Assembly (NCBI GenBank): GCA_045863335.1 | Contig: BTVY01000004.1 | Span: forward strand, 64,001-128,000 | From: Candidatus Hydrogenedentota bacterium | GTDB lineage: Bacteria > Hydrogenedentota > Hydrogenedentia > Hydrogenedentales > SLHB01 | DNA: 64,000 nt | Direction of reading: 5' to 3' | In this document: one piece after another, positions 45,140 to 54,343 of the stretch | How the letters are laid out: every line of letters begins with the position of its first letter | Position numbering within the stretch: the first letter of the stretch is position 1 | Notes under the pieces: generated by a model | The model's database searches: none | What the model saw: only the letters and a program-made list of their open reading frames with translations | What the model was told of the DNA's origin: nothing | Program-made: the position numbers and the translations under genes

Positions 45140-45759
45140 ATCCGGCGGTGACCTTATCCGAACAGACAAGCGCGGATATTGCGCGAAAAGGCACCATTTT
45201 CGTTTTGTCCGCCCCGTCCGGCGCAGGCAAGCGGACCGTTCTGAAGCGAGTCTTCGACGACGATGCGCAGTTGGGCTATTCCATCTCGGCGACCACACGA
45301 CCCCGTCGGGAAGGAGAAATCGAGGGACAGGATTATTACTTCCTGGATCGCGACGAATTTCAGCGCCGCATCGAGGCCGGTGATTTTGTGGAATGGGCCG
45401 AGGTTCATGGGAACCTCTACGGCACCCTTGTGGAAGAACTCGAGCGGTTGACCGGATCGGGGATGGACACCGTCCTGGAACTCGACGTACAGGGCATGCG
45501 CAACTTGAAGACGCGCGGTCTGGAGATCGTGAGTGTCTTTGTCATGGCGCCTTCCCTGGACGAATTGGAACGGCGGCTCCGGGCGCGCGCGACGGACCAT
45601 CCGGAGGTTATCGCGCTCCGATTGGGCAACGCTCTGGACGAGATCGCGGCGCGGCACGAGTACGACTACGTCATTGTGAACGCGCACCTTGACGATGCCG
45701 TGGACGATTTGAAGGCTATCATTCGGGCGGAGCGGTGCCGGGCGCACCGGCAGCCGTAA
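45136..45759 (+). CDS. gmk: Guanylate kinase
   Basis: SAPSGAGK, SATTR.R.GE..G.DYYF, VHGNLYGT. Confidence 0.96.
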   Translation: MNPAVTLSEQTSADIARKGTIFVLSAPSGAGKRTVLKRVFDDDAQLGYSISATTRPRREGEIEGQDYYFLDRDEFQRRIEAGDFVEWAEVHGNLYGTLVEELERLTGSGMDTVLELDVQGMRNLKTRGLEIVSVFVMAPSLDELERRLRARATDHPEVIALRLGNALDEIAARHEYDYVIVNAHLDDAVDDLKAIIRAERCRAHRQP

Positions 45760-45809
45760 CCGCGTGTTTTGCGATACACAAAGACCACTAACCCCAAGAG
45801 GGAGGAACG

Positions 45810-46031
45810 ATGAGCAGAATTTCCGTAGAGCAGTTTGACGACAAGATTGACAGTCTGTACCGGCTGGTGATCCTGTGTGCGCGCCGCGCATCGCAGATTG
45901 CAAAGCCTGACGCGCGGCCATTGGTCCCCGTGCGTTCGAAAAAATCGACCATCACCGCGCTGGAAGAAGTCCTGCAGGGCAAAGTCAAAGCCAGAATCGG
46001 CGGAGTGGATGAAGAGGAATTTCTCGAATAA
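45810..46031 (+). CDS. rpoZ: RNA polymerase omega subunit
   Basis: S.YRLV...ARRA.QI...ALEE; gmk-rpoZ-coaBC synteny. Confidence 0.9.
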   Translation: MSRISVEQFDDKIDSLYRLVILCARRASQIAKPDARPLVPVRSKKSTITALEEVLQGKVKARIGGVDEEEFLE

Positions 46032-47220
46032 GGAAATCGTCCTCGGCGTCACGGGGTCTATCGCGGCATACAAGGCTTGCGAACTGACCTCTCGCCTCGT
46101 GGAACTGGGCGCGAAGGTGACGCCCGTGCTTACCAAGTCCGCGACCGAACTGGTCGGACCGGCCACCTTTGAGGCCATCGCGGGGCGGCGCGCCATCACC
46201 GCCATGTTCGAGCCGCTTCAGAATCCGGAAGTCGAGCATATCGCGGTCGCGCAACGCGCGGATTTGTATCTGATCGCGCCGGCCACGGCCAACTTCATCG
46301 CCAAGGCCGCCTGCGGAATCGCGGATGACTGGCTCACCACCACGCTCCTCGCCACGCGCGCGCCTTTGCTTATTGCGCCGGCGATGAACACCAATATGTA
46401 CCAGCACCCCGCGACGCAGCAAAACATGGCGACCTTGAATACGCGCGGCGCGGTCTTCGTCGGGCCCGATTCGGGACGCCTCGCCTGCCGAACCGTCGGA
46501 CCCGGCCGGCTCATCGATCCCATGACCATCCTCGAGGCCTGTGTGCCATTGTTGCGCAGGGAAAAGGATCTCGCGGGAAGGCGGGTTGTCATCACGAGTG
46601 GCGCTACACACGAACCCATCGATCCGGTTCGATACATCGGCAACCGATCCTCCGGGAAAATGGGGCGCGCCATCGCTCTGGAAGCCATGGCCCGTGGCGC
46701 AGAGGTGACCGTCGTATCCGGGCCGTCGGAAGTCGCAATCCCCCACAATGTGAAGCTCATCTCTATTCAGACTGCAACTGAAATGGCCGAGGCCGTCGCA
46801 TCGCTTATGCATGAATGCGACATCTTTATCGCCGCGGCGGCGGTGGGGGACTACCGGGTGGACGCGCCAGCCGCTTCCAAGCGGAAGAAGTCCGGTAAAG
46901 GCCTGGATCTGCATTTGGTGGAGAATCCCGACGTGCTCGCCCTGGCCGGGTCCGATCGCAAGAACGGTAAGATAATCGTTGGCTTCGCAGCGGAGACCGA
47001 CGACCTCATCAAGAATGCGACCGCCAAGGTTAAAAAGAAGAACCTCGATCTCATCGTCGCCAACCATGTGAATACCCCCGATTCCGGTTTCGGAAGCGAC
47101 ACAACAAGCGCCGCGATTATCGATCGAAAGGGGAAGGTGGAAGAACTGCCGAACATGTCCAAGGGCGACCTTGCCGAGATGCTGATGGATCGTGTCGTGC
47201 AGTTGACGGGCGCGCGCTAG
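46009..47220 (+). CDS. coaBC: Phosphopantothenoylcysteine decarboxylase/ligase
   Basis: GVTGSIAAYK, APATAN, PAMN, IDPVRYI.NRSSGKMG, GFAAET. Confidence 0.96.
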   Translation: MKRNFSNKEIVLGVTGSIAAYKACELTSRLVELGAKVTPVLTKSATELVGPATFEAIAGRRAITAMFEPLQNPEVEHIAVAQRADLYLIAPATANFIAKAACGIADDWLTTTLLATRAPLLIAPAMNTNMYQHPATQQNMATLNTRGAVFVGPDSGRLACRTVGPGRLIDPMTILEACVPLLRREKDLAGRRVVITSGATHEPIDPVRYIGNRSSGKMGRAIALEAMARGAEVTVVSGPSEVAIPHNVKLISIQTATEMAEAVASLMHECDIFIAAAAVGDYRVDAPAASKRKKSGKGLDLHLVENPDVLALAGSDRKNGKIIVGFAAETDDLIKNATAKVKKKNLDLIVANHVNTPDSGFGSDTTSAAIIDRKGKVEELPNMSKGDLAEMLMDRVVQLTGAR

Positions 47221-47232
47221 TCTCCCTTCTTC

Positions 47233-48141
47233 TCAGGCCCGCGGGTGGAACGAGCGGTGGGCCTTACTCAACCGATCCGAACTCACGTGGGTGTAGATCT
47301 GCGTCGTCGCGATATCCGAATGGCCGAGCATCTCCTGTACCGCGCGCAGGTCGGCACCGTTGTCCAGCAGATGCGTCGCGAAAGAATGGCGGAGCATGTG
47401 CGGCGTTACGTTCTGCTGAATGTTCGCCGCTTGCGCATACCGTTTGACCACCTGCCAGACGCCCGTACGGCTCATTCGCTTGCCGCGAGATCCCAGGAAG
47501 AGCGTGTCGTCGAGCACCTTGCCGCTGTCCCGCACGCTCAGCCACGCGCGCAGCTTCACCATCGCCCGCGTTCCCAGCGGCACGAGGCGCACTTTCGCGC
47601 CTTTGCCTCGGACCCGCACTGCGCCTTCGTCCAACGACACGTCACGGAGCGGTAGCTTTGCCAACTCGGAGATGCGCAATCCGCAGGAGTAGAACAGCTC
47701 CAGGATCGCCGAATCGCGAATGCCTTCCGGCGTACTTCTATCTGGCATATCCAGCATCCGCTCGAGTTCCCGTGACGAGAGTACATGGGGAAGCGCGCGC
47801 GTCAGACGAGGTGCATCAAAGCCTTCAGTTGGATCGCTGTTCGCGATGCGCTCGCTGCGCAAGAACGCATGAAACCGGCGGATGGCGCTCAGGTGACGCG
47901 CCGCAGAGCGCGCCGAAAGCTTCCGCTCTTTCCGCAACGCGATCAGATGGTCCAGCACGTGCTCGCGCGAAACCGAGTCGATATGTGAGACGCCAGATTC
48001 GCCGAGAAAGTTGAGATAGGACGCCAAATCCGCGGCGTACGCCGCCAGCGTAGCGTCGGCCAAGCCGGATTCAAATGTGGCGGCCTCCATGAACTGGTCC
48101 AGCAACCGGGTAAGCGAGGAATTTGGCAACTCATGGCTCAT
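47233..48141 (-). CDS. xerD: Tyrosine recombinase XerD
   Basis: AR.LSAIR.F, GLRISEL, GKG.K.R.VP, PH.LRHSFATHLL.NGADLR.VQEMLGH.DIATTQIYTHV. Confidence 0.93.
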   Translation of the reverse strand: MSHELPNSSLTRLLDQFMEAATFESGLADATLAAYAADLASYLNFLGESGVSHIDSVSREHVLDHLIALRKERKLSARSAARHLSAIRRFHAFLRSERIANSDPTEGFDAPRLTRALPHVLSSRELERMLDMPDRSTPEGIRDSAILELFYSCGLRISELAKLPLRDVSLDEGAVRVRGKGAKVRLVPLGTRAMVKLRAWLSVRDSGKVLDDTLFLGSRGKRMSRTGVWQVVKRYAQAANIQQNVTPHMLRHSFATHLLDNGADLRAVQEMLGHSDIATTQIYTHVSSDRLSKAHRSFHPRA

Positions 48142-48184
48142 GATCAGATTCTAAATGCTTCGTCAAGAAATTACAATGCTACTT

Positions 48185-48201
48185 AACGCAAAGGCGCAAA
48201 G
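48185..48201. repeat. Left 8-bp-periodic arm flanking the GxxExxY gene
   Basis: AACGCAAAGGCGCAAAG; 48186-48199 is the exact reverse complement of 48672-48685. Confidence 0.85.
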
Positions 48202-48245
48202 GAGGTTGGTCTTGATGATAACTCTGCGGAAAGGAACGAAATCGA

Positions 48246-48635
48246 ATGAACGAGAACGAAATCAGTAACGTCGTTGTAGGCTGTGCAATTGAAGTCCACA
48301 AAACGCTTGGGGGTCCTGGACTTCTGGAAAGCGTTTACGAGGAAGCCCTGGCTTGGGAGTTGGCGCAAAGGGGTCTCATGGTGAAGCGCCAACTCGAGCT
48401 ACCGATTCGGTACAAGGGCAACGTGTTGGCGTCTCCCCTACGGCTCGACCTCCTCGTGAACGACAGGGTAATCGTGGAATGCAAAGCGGTCCGCGAGTAT
48501 AACGACATCTTCGAAGTCCAGGCTTTAACGTACTTGCGAATGACAGACTTGAGATTGGGTATGGTCATTAATTTTGGTGACCGCGTCGTCAAACTCGGGA
48601 TTCATCGAGTGGTGAATAACCTCAAGGAAACCTGA
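48246..48635 (+). CDS. GxxExxY protein (PD-(D/E)XK-like)
   Basis: VHKTLGGPGLLESVYE.AL, RLDLLV..VIVECK, Q.LTYL, INFG. Confidence 0.93.
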   Translation: MNENEISNVVVGCAIEVHKTLGGPGLLESVYEEALAWELAQRGLMVKRQLELPIRYKGNVLASPLRLDLLVNDRVIVECKAVREYNDIFEVQALTYLRMTDLRLGMVINFGDRVVKLGIHRVVNNLKET

Positions 48636-48669
48636 GCTCCACCCGTGCTCGTAGCAAATCACGATGCCT

Positions 48670-48702
48670 CATTGCGCCTTTGCGTCATGGCGTCTTTGCG
48701 TT
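48670..48702. repeat. Right 8-bp-periodic arm flanking the GxxExxY gene
   Basis: CATTGCGC-CTTTGCGT-CATGGCGT-CTTTGCGT. Confidence 0.85.
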
Positions 48703-50319
48703 GTGAACGGTGACGATCGTCTGGCCCTCGGTGTGAATTGGCAGCCCCCGGGCCAATTCGCCGCCGCTCCGAATTAGCTCTTCGCCGTTGATGGTGACTG
48801 TATACAGTTGGTCCAACTCCACCGTGTACCATTCCGGCCACTCGTTGAGGCGCGGATAGTTCACGGGCATGTTGAAGACGTACTGATGCCGCGGCACGTC
48901 GAACCGGATGCGGCCTTCCCAGGGGGAATGGGGTTCGACGACAACCAGCACGCCATCGCCGTCCGGCACCGCACCCAGTCGTAGGTCGTCGCGCCACGGT
49001 TCCGCCCAGGCTCCCTGCGATTTCATGAGCGCATACATGAGGGCCGTGCGCACGTAGTTCCCGTCGCCATACCAGTCCTCGATGATGCCGTCCTCCCGCT
49101 GACGCGCGAGAAATCGTCTCACGCAGGTGTCGAGCATTTCCTCGTCAACGATGTCGGGGAATCGATTGCGGAACACGATGGCGCTTTCCAATGCGTCGGA
49201 GTAGGCGTTCGACCCATAGTTACGCCCGCTGCCCTCGGGATCGTCGAGGTAGGTCGTGGGCTTTTCGACGACCGTCTTCAGCGCACGCAGCGTCGTATCA
49301 CGGAAGCGTGGTTCCCCCGTGATCAGGTAGGCGGTGTATACGCCGTTAAAGAGGTAGCCCCAACAATGGGCGTGGCGCGCGTCGGCCGGTTCGTAGGTGT
49401 CGAGCGCGATGGACGTGTACCAGATGCCGTCTTCGTTGAGTCCTACGTCCAGCAATTTGTGGACGAGCTGCGATAGCGGTTCCCGGTATCGTTCATATGC
49501 GGGGTGGCGGGTCGCTTTCGCGTACATGACCAGTTCAGAAAGCCCTCCGAGGATTTCGTTGCCGTGGTCCGAGAGAACAAACTTATCGGACGCCGGCTTT
49601 CCGTTTTCCAGGTCCCACATGTGCGACGGCAACCCATGGGAGTTGGGAATGACTTCCTGGAAATAGAAGTCCCCGATGCGAATGGCCTGATCGATATAGG
49701 CATCGTCGCCCGTGTCGTACGCGAGACGCACCAACGCCTGAAGCAACTCACCGTTCACTTCCGCGCTGAGCGAGGGGATCCTACCGAAGCGGGTTTCGTA
49801 CGGCGCGTACGCGATGATGTCGTCGACGATACCGCGCATGCGTTCGTACCACTGATGGTGACCGAGCAACTCCGATAAGGGCAGCAACCCGTCTTTCACA
49901 TATTCGCAACTCCCGAAGATCACGCGATCCATGTCGACTTCCGCATCCTCGAATCCCGCTTCGCCGAAGAGCACGTTGTCGGACAACTGCCCGGCGCGCC
50001 GCGTATGCAGCAACTCGTTTCGTAAGATGGCGAACATCGTCGTCTCGTAGGTTCGCCGGTCCGTGTAATACGCCGCCATGACGAGGAAGGGGTAGAGGTC
50101 CGCGGCCGAGTCCCGCACGTACCACATGTTCTGCGTGCCGCGCCGTTGCAGCAAACCGGTCACGGGATCGGCGCGTTCGAGCCACGCGTTCATGACCCGC
50201 TGGCTGCGCTGGAAGGCTTCTTGGGCTTGCGCGCCGTTACGGGAGGCATCGTCCACAGGAGCGGCAAAGCCCGGCAACACGAAGACCAGCGGTACCGCAG
50301 ACAGGGTGAGCTTAAACAT
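48685..50319 (-). CDS. Exported hypothetical protein, probable (alpha/alpha)6 glycosidase-like fold
   Basis: Signal peptide; SD before MFKLTL; helical, aromatic-rich repeats. Confidence 0.7.
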   Translation of the reverse strand: MFKLTLSAVPLVFVLPGFAAPVDDASRNGAQAQEAFQRSQRVMNAWLERADPVTGLLQRRGTQNMWYVRDSAADLYPFLVMAAYYTDRRTYETTMFAILRNELLHTRRAGQLSDNVLFGEAGFEDAEVDMDRVIFGSCEYVKDGLLPLSELLGHHQWYERMRGIVDDIIAYAPYETRFGRIPSLSAEVNGELLQALVRLAYDTGDDAYIDQAIRIGDFYFQEVIPNSHGLPSHMWDLENGKPASDKFVLSDHGNEILGGLSELVMYAKATRHPAYERYREPLSQLVHKLLDVGLNEDGIWYTSIALDTYEPADARHAHCWGYLFNGVYTAYLITGEPRFRDTTLRALKTVVEKPTTYLDDPEGSGRNYGSNAYSDALESAIVFRNRFPDIVDEEMLDTCVRRFLARQREDGIIEDWYGDGNYVRTALMYALMKSQGAWAEPWRDDLRLGAVPDGDGVLVVVEPHSPWEGRIRFDVPRHQYVFNMPVNYPRLNEWPEWYTVELDQLYTVTINGEELIRSGGELARGLPIHTEGQTIVTVHNAKTP

Positions 50320-50387
50320 GAGAATTCCTTCCTTTGGGAGGGCCTGACAACTCAGAATCAGTGTACAGGAACCAAGCCTAATCAGCA

Positions 50388-50413
50388 CTGATCGGACCGA
50401 TCGGTCGGATCAG
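50388..50413. repeat. GATCGGACCGATCGGTCGGATC palindrome (intergenic copy)
   Basis: 22-nt core at 50390-50411 is identical to 61809-61830. An AATCCGC-type heptamer run follows at ~50450-50473. Confidence 0.85.
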
Positions 50414-50486
50414 TCGGATAAGCATCGATGAAGGAACTTCCGCCTCGCCAATCCGCAGTCCGAAATCCGCAATTGCCGACGGCCTC

Positions 50487-50527
50487 AAAAAGAAAACCGC
50501 CCCGGTGGGTTGCACACCGGGGCGGTT
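50487..50527 (-). terminator. Rho-independent terminator of the OmpA-family gene
   Basis: AACCGCCCCGGTG/CACCGGGGCGGTT stem with a U-run on the minus strand. Confidence 0.85.
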
Positions 50528-50551
50528 CGCAGGATTTCAGTTTGCTAAGGG

Positions 50552-51229
50552 TTACTCGGCGCCGAGCGTGATGTTGAACTGTGCACGGCGGTTCAGCTTC
50601 CGGTTCGCCGGACCATCGTTCGGCACGGCCGGCTGGGTTTCACCCAAGCTGACGGTCGAAACGCGTTCCGCGGCGATGCCGCTTTCCACCATGTAGTTCT
50701 TCACCGCGTCTGCGCGACGCTGACCAAGGCCCATGTTGTAGGACTCGCTGCCGAGGTCGCAGGTGTGACCTTCGATCACAACCGTGTCGCCCGGGTGAGC
50801 CTTCATCTCGTTGATCAGCTTGTCCACTTCCGCTTTGCCTTCCGGCTTCAACACGGCCTTGTCGAAATCGAACAGCACGTTGTTGAGCAGGATCTTCTGG
50901 CGCTCTACCGCCGGAGGAGGTGGAGGAGGCGGAGGTGGTGGGGGTGGCGGTGGCGGCGGCTGCACCCAGCAGTGGTACACCACGCCCCGGTTACCCCAAA
51001 GTTCCGTGTCGCCGCTGTTGGAGGCGGGCTCAGTGGGCCACCACCAATAGCACGAACGCGGAGCGTTGTCGGGGCAAATCGCCGCGCCCTGGTCGGGGTA
51101 CGGCTCGGGCGTCGCGCCCGTATTGCCCCACCAGGACATGTCGTCCCAGGTCTTGGGTCCGCAGGTAGCAGCGGTTGCGCTTCCGGCAACCAGCATGACC
51201 GCTACTACCCCAATCAGTAGTTTTTTCAT
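50552..51229 (-). CDS. OmpA-family peptidoglycan-binding protein
   Basis: VLFDFDKA, IEGHT..GS..YN..L..RRA..V, NRR; 16-Pro linker; signal peptide. Confidence 0.92.
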   Translation of the reverse strand: MKKLLIGVVAVMLVAGSATAATCGPKTWDDMSWWGNTGATPEPYPDQGAAICPDNAPRSCYWWWPTEPASNSGDTELWGNRGVVYHCWVQPPPPPPPPPPPPPPPPAVERQKILLNNVLFDFDKAVLKPEGKAEVDKLINEMKAHPGDTVVIEGHTCDLGSESYNMGLGQRRADAVKNYMVESGIAAERVSTVSLGETQPAVPNDGPANRKLNRRAQFNITLGAE

Positions 51230-51525
51230 TGTGGTCGTCTCCTTAGTTCCGCTTACTAAAATCCATGGTAGTCTACATTTAACCACAAAGGTGCATGGCT
51301 GTCAAGTTTACGAGGCCATGCACGCCAAATGCGCGCGTCGTAGGCTCCTGCATCGGGTTCACACACCCTTTACCCCGTTCGGGCGCACCCCTTGTGACAA
51401 CCTCCAGTGTAGCAGAGCCGCCCGGCGCTTACAAGTAGCCTGTAAGGACTATTACAATCCTCCCAGCGCCGTGATTCCCGTAAGGGCCGGGCCTGCTCCC
51501 ACTATCCACACTATTTACCTCGCCG

Positions 51526-51957
51526 TTATGCGGCGTAGGACGATTCATCGAACCGCGTACGCAACGTCGCCAGCGCCGAATGAATCGGGATATTGTCCCG
51601 AGTTTCAATCGCTTTCTTCAGTTTGGGAATAGCCCCGCCGACTTTCTTGCCGTTGCGGACCGTCCCAAACAGGTGCCGGCTAACGGTGGACTGCGTCAGA
51701 TTCAGCATGGCTGCAATATCTTCCTGCGTCTTGTTGCAGAAGTAGTACAGCCGAAGAATCTCGCGTTGCCGCGCCGTAAGCTTGGCATCGATGATGTCGT
51801 TGACGAAGGGCAGCACGCTGCGGAAGAAATCCTGCAACGCGTACCGCCGCTCGCGATCTTCGTCCGTTTCAAACCACAAGGCCCGCTCGGACGGAACGTT
51901 ATCCAGGTAAGCAGACTGGGTTGGAATTTCCCAGAATTCCGCATTGAACCGTGCCAT
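51526..51957 (-). CDS. Sigma-70 region-4-like HTH protein
   Basis: LT.RQREI..LYY...TQEDIA..L..TQSTVSRHL; AGGAGA SD. Confidence 0.8.
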   Translation of the reverse strand: MARFNAEFWEIPTQSAYLDNVPSERALWFETDEDRERRYALQDFFRSVLPFVNDIIDAKLTARQREILRLYYFCNKTQEDIAAMLNLTQSTVSRHLFGTVRNGKKVGGAIPKLKKAIETRDNIPIHSALATLRTRFDESSYAA

Positions 51958-52160
51958 GATTGCACTCTCCTCTTCTACTTCGTCCCGATTGACTGTGCTC
52001 AGATGATGATTGGGATCGGTTGGCGCACATTCGTTTGCCCCAGCGGGGCACCGTAATCGCTACGGCGTCGTGATGTCGGAATTTCATTCGAGTTCTCCTT
52101 GTGGTTTGGTCTTGCGGTTCCGGCCCACCCGGCACCGCCAAAAAAGCCATGAAAATGAAA

Positions 52161-52195
52161 AGCGCCGCAGGCGTTTGGTTCTCGCCTGCGGCGCT
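52161..52195 (-). terminator. Terminator hairpin
   Basis: AGCGCCGCAGGCG-N9-CGCCTGCGGCGCT with U-rich flanks on both strands. Confidence 0.7.
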
Positions 52196-52225
52196 CAGTT
52201 TGTTTTGAGCTTTTTCTCTAAGGGG

Positions 52226-52369
52226 CTACTTCGATATCAGCACCTCGAGACGAGAACCGCAGGCGGGTACTCGGGCCACACCACGGATAAACGTGGACAT
52301 GGTGCACCACACCGCCTTCGCCTTATTGACGGCGTGTTGCGCGTCGGCGTAATGGAGTGTGTTGACCAT
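52226..52369 (-). CDS. Possible 47-aa small protein (or sRNA)
   Basis: Lies between a sigma-70-like promoter and a terminator; weak SD. Confidence 0.35.
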   Translation of the reverse strand: MVNTLHYADAQHAVNKAKAVWCTMSTFIRGVARVPACGSRLEVLISK

Positions 52370-52439
52370 GTTCCGTTTCTTTCTCGTCTCGTTACGGTTC
52401 GTTAAGTTCTGTCCGAATCTCTCACACGAATGAAGCGCT

Positions 52440-52468
52440 ATTAAAGCATAACGCTCCGGAGAGTGCAA
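52440..52468 (-). promoter_or_regulatory. Sigma-70-like promoter
   Basis: TTGCAC-N17-TTTAAT on the minus strand. Confidence 0.5.
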
Positions 52469-52595
52469 GCCCTTTCTTTGGTTCACTTTCAATCGGCTTC
52501 GGAATTGGTGAAACCTGGAGAAAGATCAGAGAAAGAAAAAGTGCTCCTCTCACCCATATCCACCGATATGCATACTTTTTTGCGGGACCATTTTC

Positions 52596-52672
52596 TGTAC
52601 ATTTTTGTACGGCAGACAGGTGTTATACCCATGATTGTACAAAATTGTACGAAGCGTTTTGTCGATCTGACA
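52596..52672. promoter_or_regulatory. Repeated operator/UAS-like sites
   Basis: TGTACATTTTTGTAC, TGTACAAAATTGTAC and TGTCGATCTGACA in an AT-rich tract. Confidence 0.55.
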
Positions 52673-52718
52673 AATGTAAAGAGTTTACTGGTAGTGACTT
52701 GACAAATTCTTGACACCT

Positions 52719-52734
52719 TGGCACCGCTCTTGCA
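52719..52734 (+). promoter_or_regulatory. Sigma-54 (-24/-12) promoter
   Basis: TGGCAC-CGCTC-TTGCA, a perfect match to the consensus. Confidence 0.85.
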
Positions 52735-52773
52735 ACAGAACCCGCGGACTTGTAACGCAGGGGGTATGACAAG

Positions 52774-53925
52774 ATGGGACTGGTAACGGCTGCAGAACCG
52801 ACTGTGCTGGGGATGGGTAACGAAATGGGACTGACTTCCAAGCAGGCAATCCGGGGGAGAATTCTGATCGTCGATGACGAAAATGGACCGCGTCAGGCGT
52901 TGCGCATGCTTCTCAAAGAGGAGCACGACGTGTTTCTCGCCGAGGACGTCGCCAAGGCGCAGGCCCTGCTCCGGTCCGAGACCATCGATCTGGTCATCAC
53001 CGACCTCCGCATGCCCAAGCAATCGGGCGTCGAATTACTCCGTTGGACGAAGACCCAGTATCCGGAAACCGAGGTGATTATTCTCACGGGGTTCGGCGAA
53101 CTCGATTCAGCCATGAACGCCGTCGAATACGGGGCGCTGGCCTACATCGTCAAACCCTTCGACACGAAGGTCATGCTTCGTCACGTGGAGGAAGGCCTGA
53201 GCAAGCGCGTCAAGGAACTGGAACGCCGCCGGATGGAAGAGTTGGCCATGGAAGCCAATCGCTTCGAAACCCTCGGCCGTTTCGTCTCGGGCATGCTGCA
53301 CGACCTGGGAACGCCTCTGGCTGTTATCACGGGTCAATTGGAGATGATTCTCAACCGCCCGCAAATTTCCCCGACACCGGACCGGTTGCAGATGATGCAT
53401 AGCCAGATTGGGTTGTGTACGGACATCGTCCGGTCGGCTATGAACTTTCTACGCCATGAGACGCAGCGTTTCGCGATTCTCAACATCAATGACGTAGCTG
53501 AAACGTGCCTGAACGTGAGCATGCCGTTGATGCAGAAGATGGCCGTGAAAGTGAAGCGGGAACTCGAGCAGCAAGTGCCATTGTGTGAAGGCGACTTCGT
53601 TCTCATGCGCCAGGCCGTACTCAATCTCATCACCAATGCCTGCCAGGCCATGGACGGTCAGGCGCCTCCGCGGGAGATTCGCGTTCGCACTTGGCGGGAA
53701 CCGGACTACGTATGCATTTCCGTCAGCGATACCGGACCCGGAATTCCGGAAGAGAACCGGGCCAAGATCTTCGATACGTTTTACTCCACCAAGGGTAAGA
53801 ACGGAACGGGCCTGGGACTGGCCGCGGTCAAAAACATCATGCGCCGTCATAACGGCGAGGTTCATGTTGATGTGAACGAATGGAACGGCGCTGACTTCAC
53901 CCTGAAGTTCCCGATTCTAAAATGA
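52774..53925 (+). CDS. Hybrid response regulator - histidine kinase
   Basis: ILIVDDE, DLRMP, KPF; HDLGTPL, NLITNA, DTGPGI, FYSTK.GTGLGL. Confidence 0.93.
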   Translation: MGLVTAAEPTVLGMGNEMGLTSKQAIRGRILIVDDENGPRQALRMLLKEEHDVFLAEDVAKAQALLRSETIDLVITDLRMPKQSGVELLRWTKTQYPETEVIILTGFGELDSAMNAVEYGALAYIVKPFDTKVMLRHVEEGLSKRVKELERRRMEELAMEANRFETLGRFVSGMLHDLGTPLAVITGQLEMILNRPQISPTPDRLQMMHSQIGLCTDIVRSAMNFLRHETQRFAILNINDVAETCLNVSMPLMQKMAVKVKRELEQQVPLCEGDFVLMRQAVLNLITNACQAMDGQAPPREIRVRTWREPDYVCISVSDTGPGIPEENRAKIFDTFYSTKGKNGTGLGLAAVKNIMRRHNGEVHVDVNEWNGADFTLKFPILK

Positions 53926-54343
53926 TTGTTACGCTGTCTGTCCGCCTGCATGGATGTTGGCGGACGGGCGCGTGCAATCGCCGTCACACCGCATAAACTC
54001 CTCTCATTTCACCCTGAACGGGACCCGAAAAGAGGCGCCCCCGCCAGCCAGTCTGCTTGATTTCCATTCGGGATTGTGTTATCCGTTACGTCTCTGGGGT
54101 GCCATCCTTCCTGACGCGCGTCATCTGGTGCAGTCAATCGGTTTGAATGTCAGGGGGGCGGTACCGCAGAAACGAGATCCCAGGCGCGGAAATGCGGTGT
54201 CGCGTGGCAGGCCGCAATTGCGCACGAATTAACGTGTTTCACTATCCTCGCGCATGACCCAGAACCGCGCGCGAACCGGCTTGTGGTGCGACGGGCCGTG
54301 TGCGATCCCGGCGGGGTGTGCAGGGGCGGAAGTAGACTACTCC

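Noticed and set aside
47233-48141. XerD as the integrase of the comM cassettes
   Set aside because: A typical housekeeping XerD 30 kb away in core context; the junction does not resemble dif.
53926-54343. Long intergenic region before lpxA as a possible RNA gene
   Set aside because: No tRNA, riboswitch or strong stem pattern that I can support.
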